Source of the DNA: Gammaproteobacteria bacterium
Lineage (GTDB): Bacteria; Pseudomonadota; Gammaproteobacteria; Ga0077536
Assembly (NCBI GenBank): GCA_963662545.2
Contig: CAXXLL010000003.1
Coordinates: 2,880,001-2,944,000 of the forward strand
Direction of reading: 5' to 3'
Length of the DNA stretch: 64,000 nucleotides
The position numbers were made by a program, and so were the translations under genes. This document shows positions 63,070-64,000 of the stretch, one piece after another (the stretch's first letter is position 1; each line of letters begins with the position of its first letter). The notes beneath the pieces are model-generated. The model made no database searches and was not told where the DNA came from. It saw nothing but the letters and a program-made list of their open reading frames with translations.

Positions 63070-63835
63070 GGCGATGATTGCGACACTCAAATCGCTCAAG
63101 CTGTTCGGCATGGCACAAGCCATCGACGATCTTGCCCAACAAAGTTCACCGGCCTGGCAAGGTGCTGAGTCGGTCCTCGACAGCCTGCTCAAAGCCGAGG
63201 TGGCCGAACGCGAGGTGCGCTCGATTAACTACCAAACCAAGGTTGCGCGCTTCCCCGTCCATCGTGACCTGGTTGGCTTTGAGTTCCACGCGAGCACGGT
63301 CAACGAGGCCCTGGTGAGGTCGCTGCATCGCGGCGACTTCATTGATGATGCGCACAACGTCGTGCTAATCGGCGGACCGGGAACGGGTAAAACCCATCTC
63401 GCTACAGCCATCGGCTTACAGGCGATTGTGCACCAACATCGACGCGTTCGCTTCTTCTCGACTATCGAGCTGGTTAACCTACTGGAGCAGGAGAAAGCCC
63501 GTGGCAAGCCGGGACAAATGGCTCATCGGCTGGTCCACACCGATCTGGTTGTGCTCGACGAACTCGGCTCTCTACCGTTCAGCCAGGCCGGTGGTGCGCT
63601 GCTGTTCCACTTATTGAGTAAGCTCTATGAGCGCACCAGCATCCTAATCACGACCAACCTGAGCTTCGCCGAGTGGGCCAATGTGTTCGGTGATCCCAAG
63701 ATGACGACGGCGTTACTCGACCGGCTGACTCATCACTGCCACATCGTTGAAACCGGCAACGATAGCTACCGCTTCAAACACAGCTCGACGAAGAAAACCA
63801 AGGAGACAAAAACTAGAAAATCCAAGAACACTTGA
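63059..63835 (+). CDS. istB: IS21 helper ATPase
   Basis: [27 protein letters not shown]. Confidence 0.95.
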   Translation: MHPEAMIATLKSLKLFGMAQAIDDLAQQSSPAWQGAESVLDSLLKAEVAEREVRSINYQTKVARFPVHRDLVGFEFHASTVNEALVRSLHRGDFIDDAHNVVLIGGPGTGKTHLATAIGLQAIVHQHRRVRFFSTIELVNLLEQEKARGKPGQMAHRLVHTDLVVLDELGSLPFSQAGGALLFHLLSKLYERTSILITTNLSFAEWANVFGDPKMTTALLDRLTHHCHIVETGNDSYRFKHSSTKKTKETKTRKSKNT

Positions 63836-63854
63836 GCCATACTCTGGCTCTTCC

Positions 63855-63908
63855 AGGTGGGTCACTTTTAAATGCAAAACCTGGGTCAGTTTTAGGTGCA
63901 ACTCAACA
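63855..63908. repeat. IS21 right end with tandem subterminal repeats
   Basis: GGGTCACTTTTAAATGCAAA / GGGTCAGTTTTAGGTGCAACTCAACA. Confidence 0.8.
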
Positions 63909-64000
63909 GTCAAGTATATAAACGCCTATCTAAATGATGCAGAAGTTGATGGGTTGCTTGCTCCCGCTTGCCTTGGCCGTGGTGTTATCCGTAGCGGTCC

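Overview
GC-rich, probably gammaproteobacterial chromosomal window with two halves. 1-29.2 kb is mostly metabolic: amidase, MFS, TerC, M20 amidohydrolase, hspQ and an IS1595 element with passenger genes. It also holds a ~12 kb phenol/hydroquinone catabolic cluster: a HadA/TcpA/TftD-type monooxygenase, two unrelated hydroquinone 1,2-dioxygenases (PcpA/LinE-type and HapCD-type), an aldehyde dehydrogenase, maleylacetate reductase, a GST and a ferredoxin. 29.2-64 kb is a decayed accessory island. It contains ~11 IS6 copies or fragments, IS3, IS21, IS256, IS630, IS481-like and IS110/IS1111 elements, and secreted nuclease and protease cargo. It also carries defence-like genes: two Rx4H HEPN-like proteins, a zinc-hook ABC ATPase split by IS630, a YhaN/YhaO pair and an hsdM fragment. 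The most striking signal is an IS1111-type element inserted in an IS6 transposase gene. Its downstream non-coding region carries guide-like segments matching both strands of that IS6 site and its own end, suggesting a bridge/seekRNA programmed against the IS6 family. No rRNA, intact tRNA or CRISPR array was seen. Protein calls come from motif recognition by eye, not from database searches.
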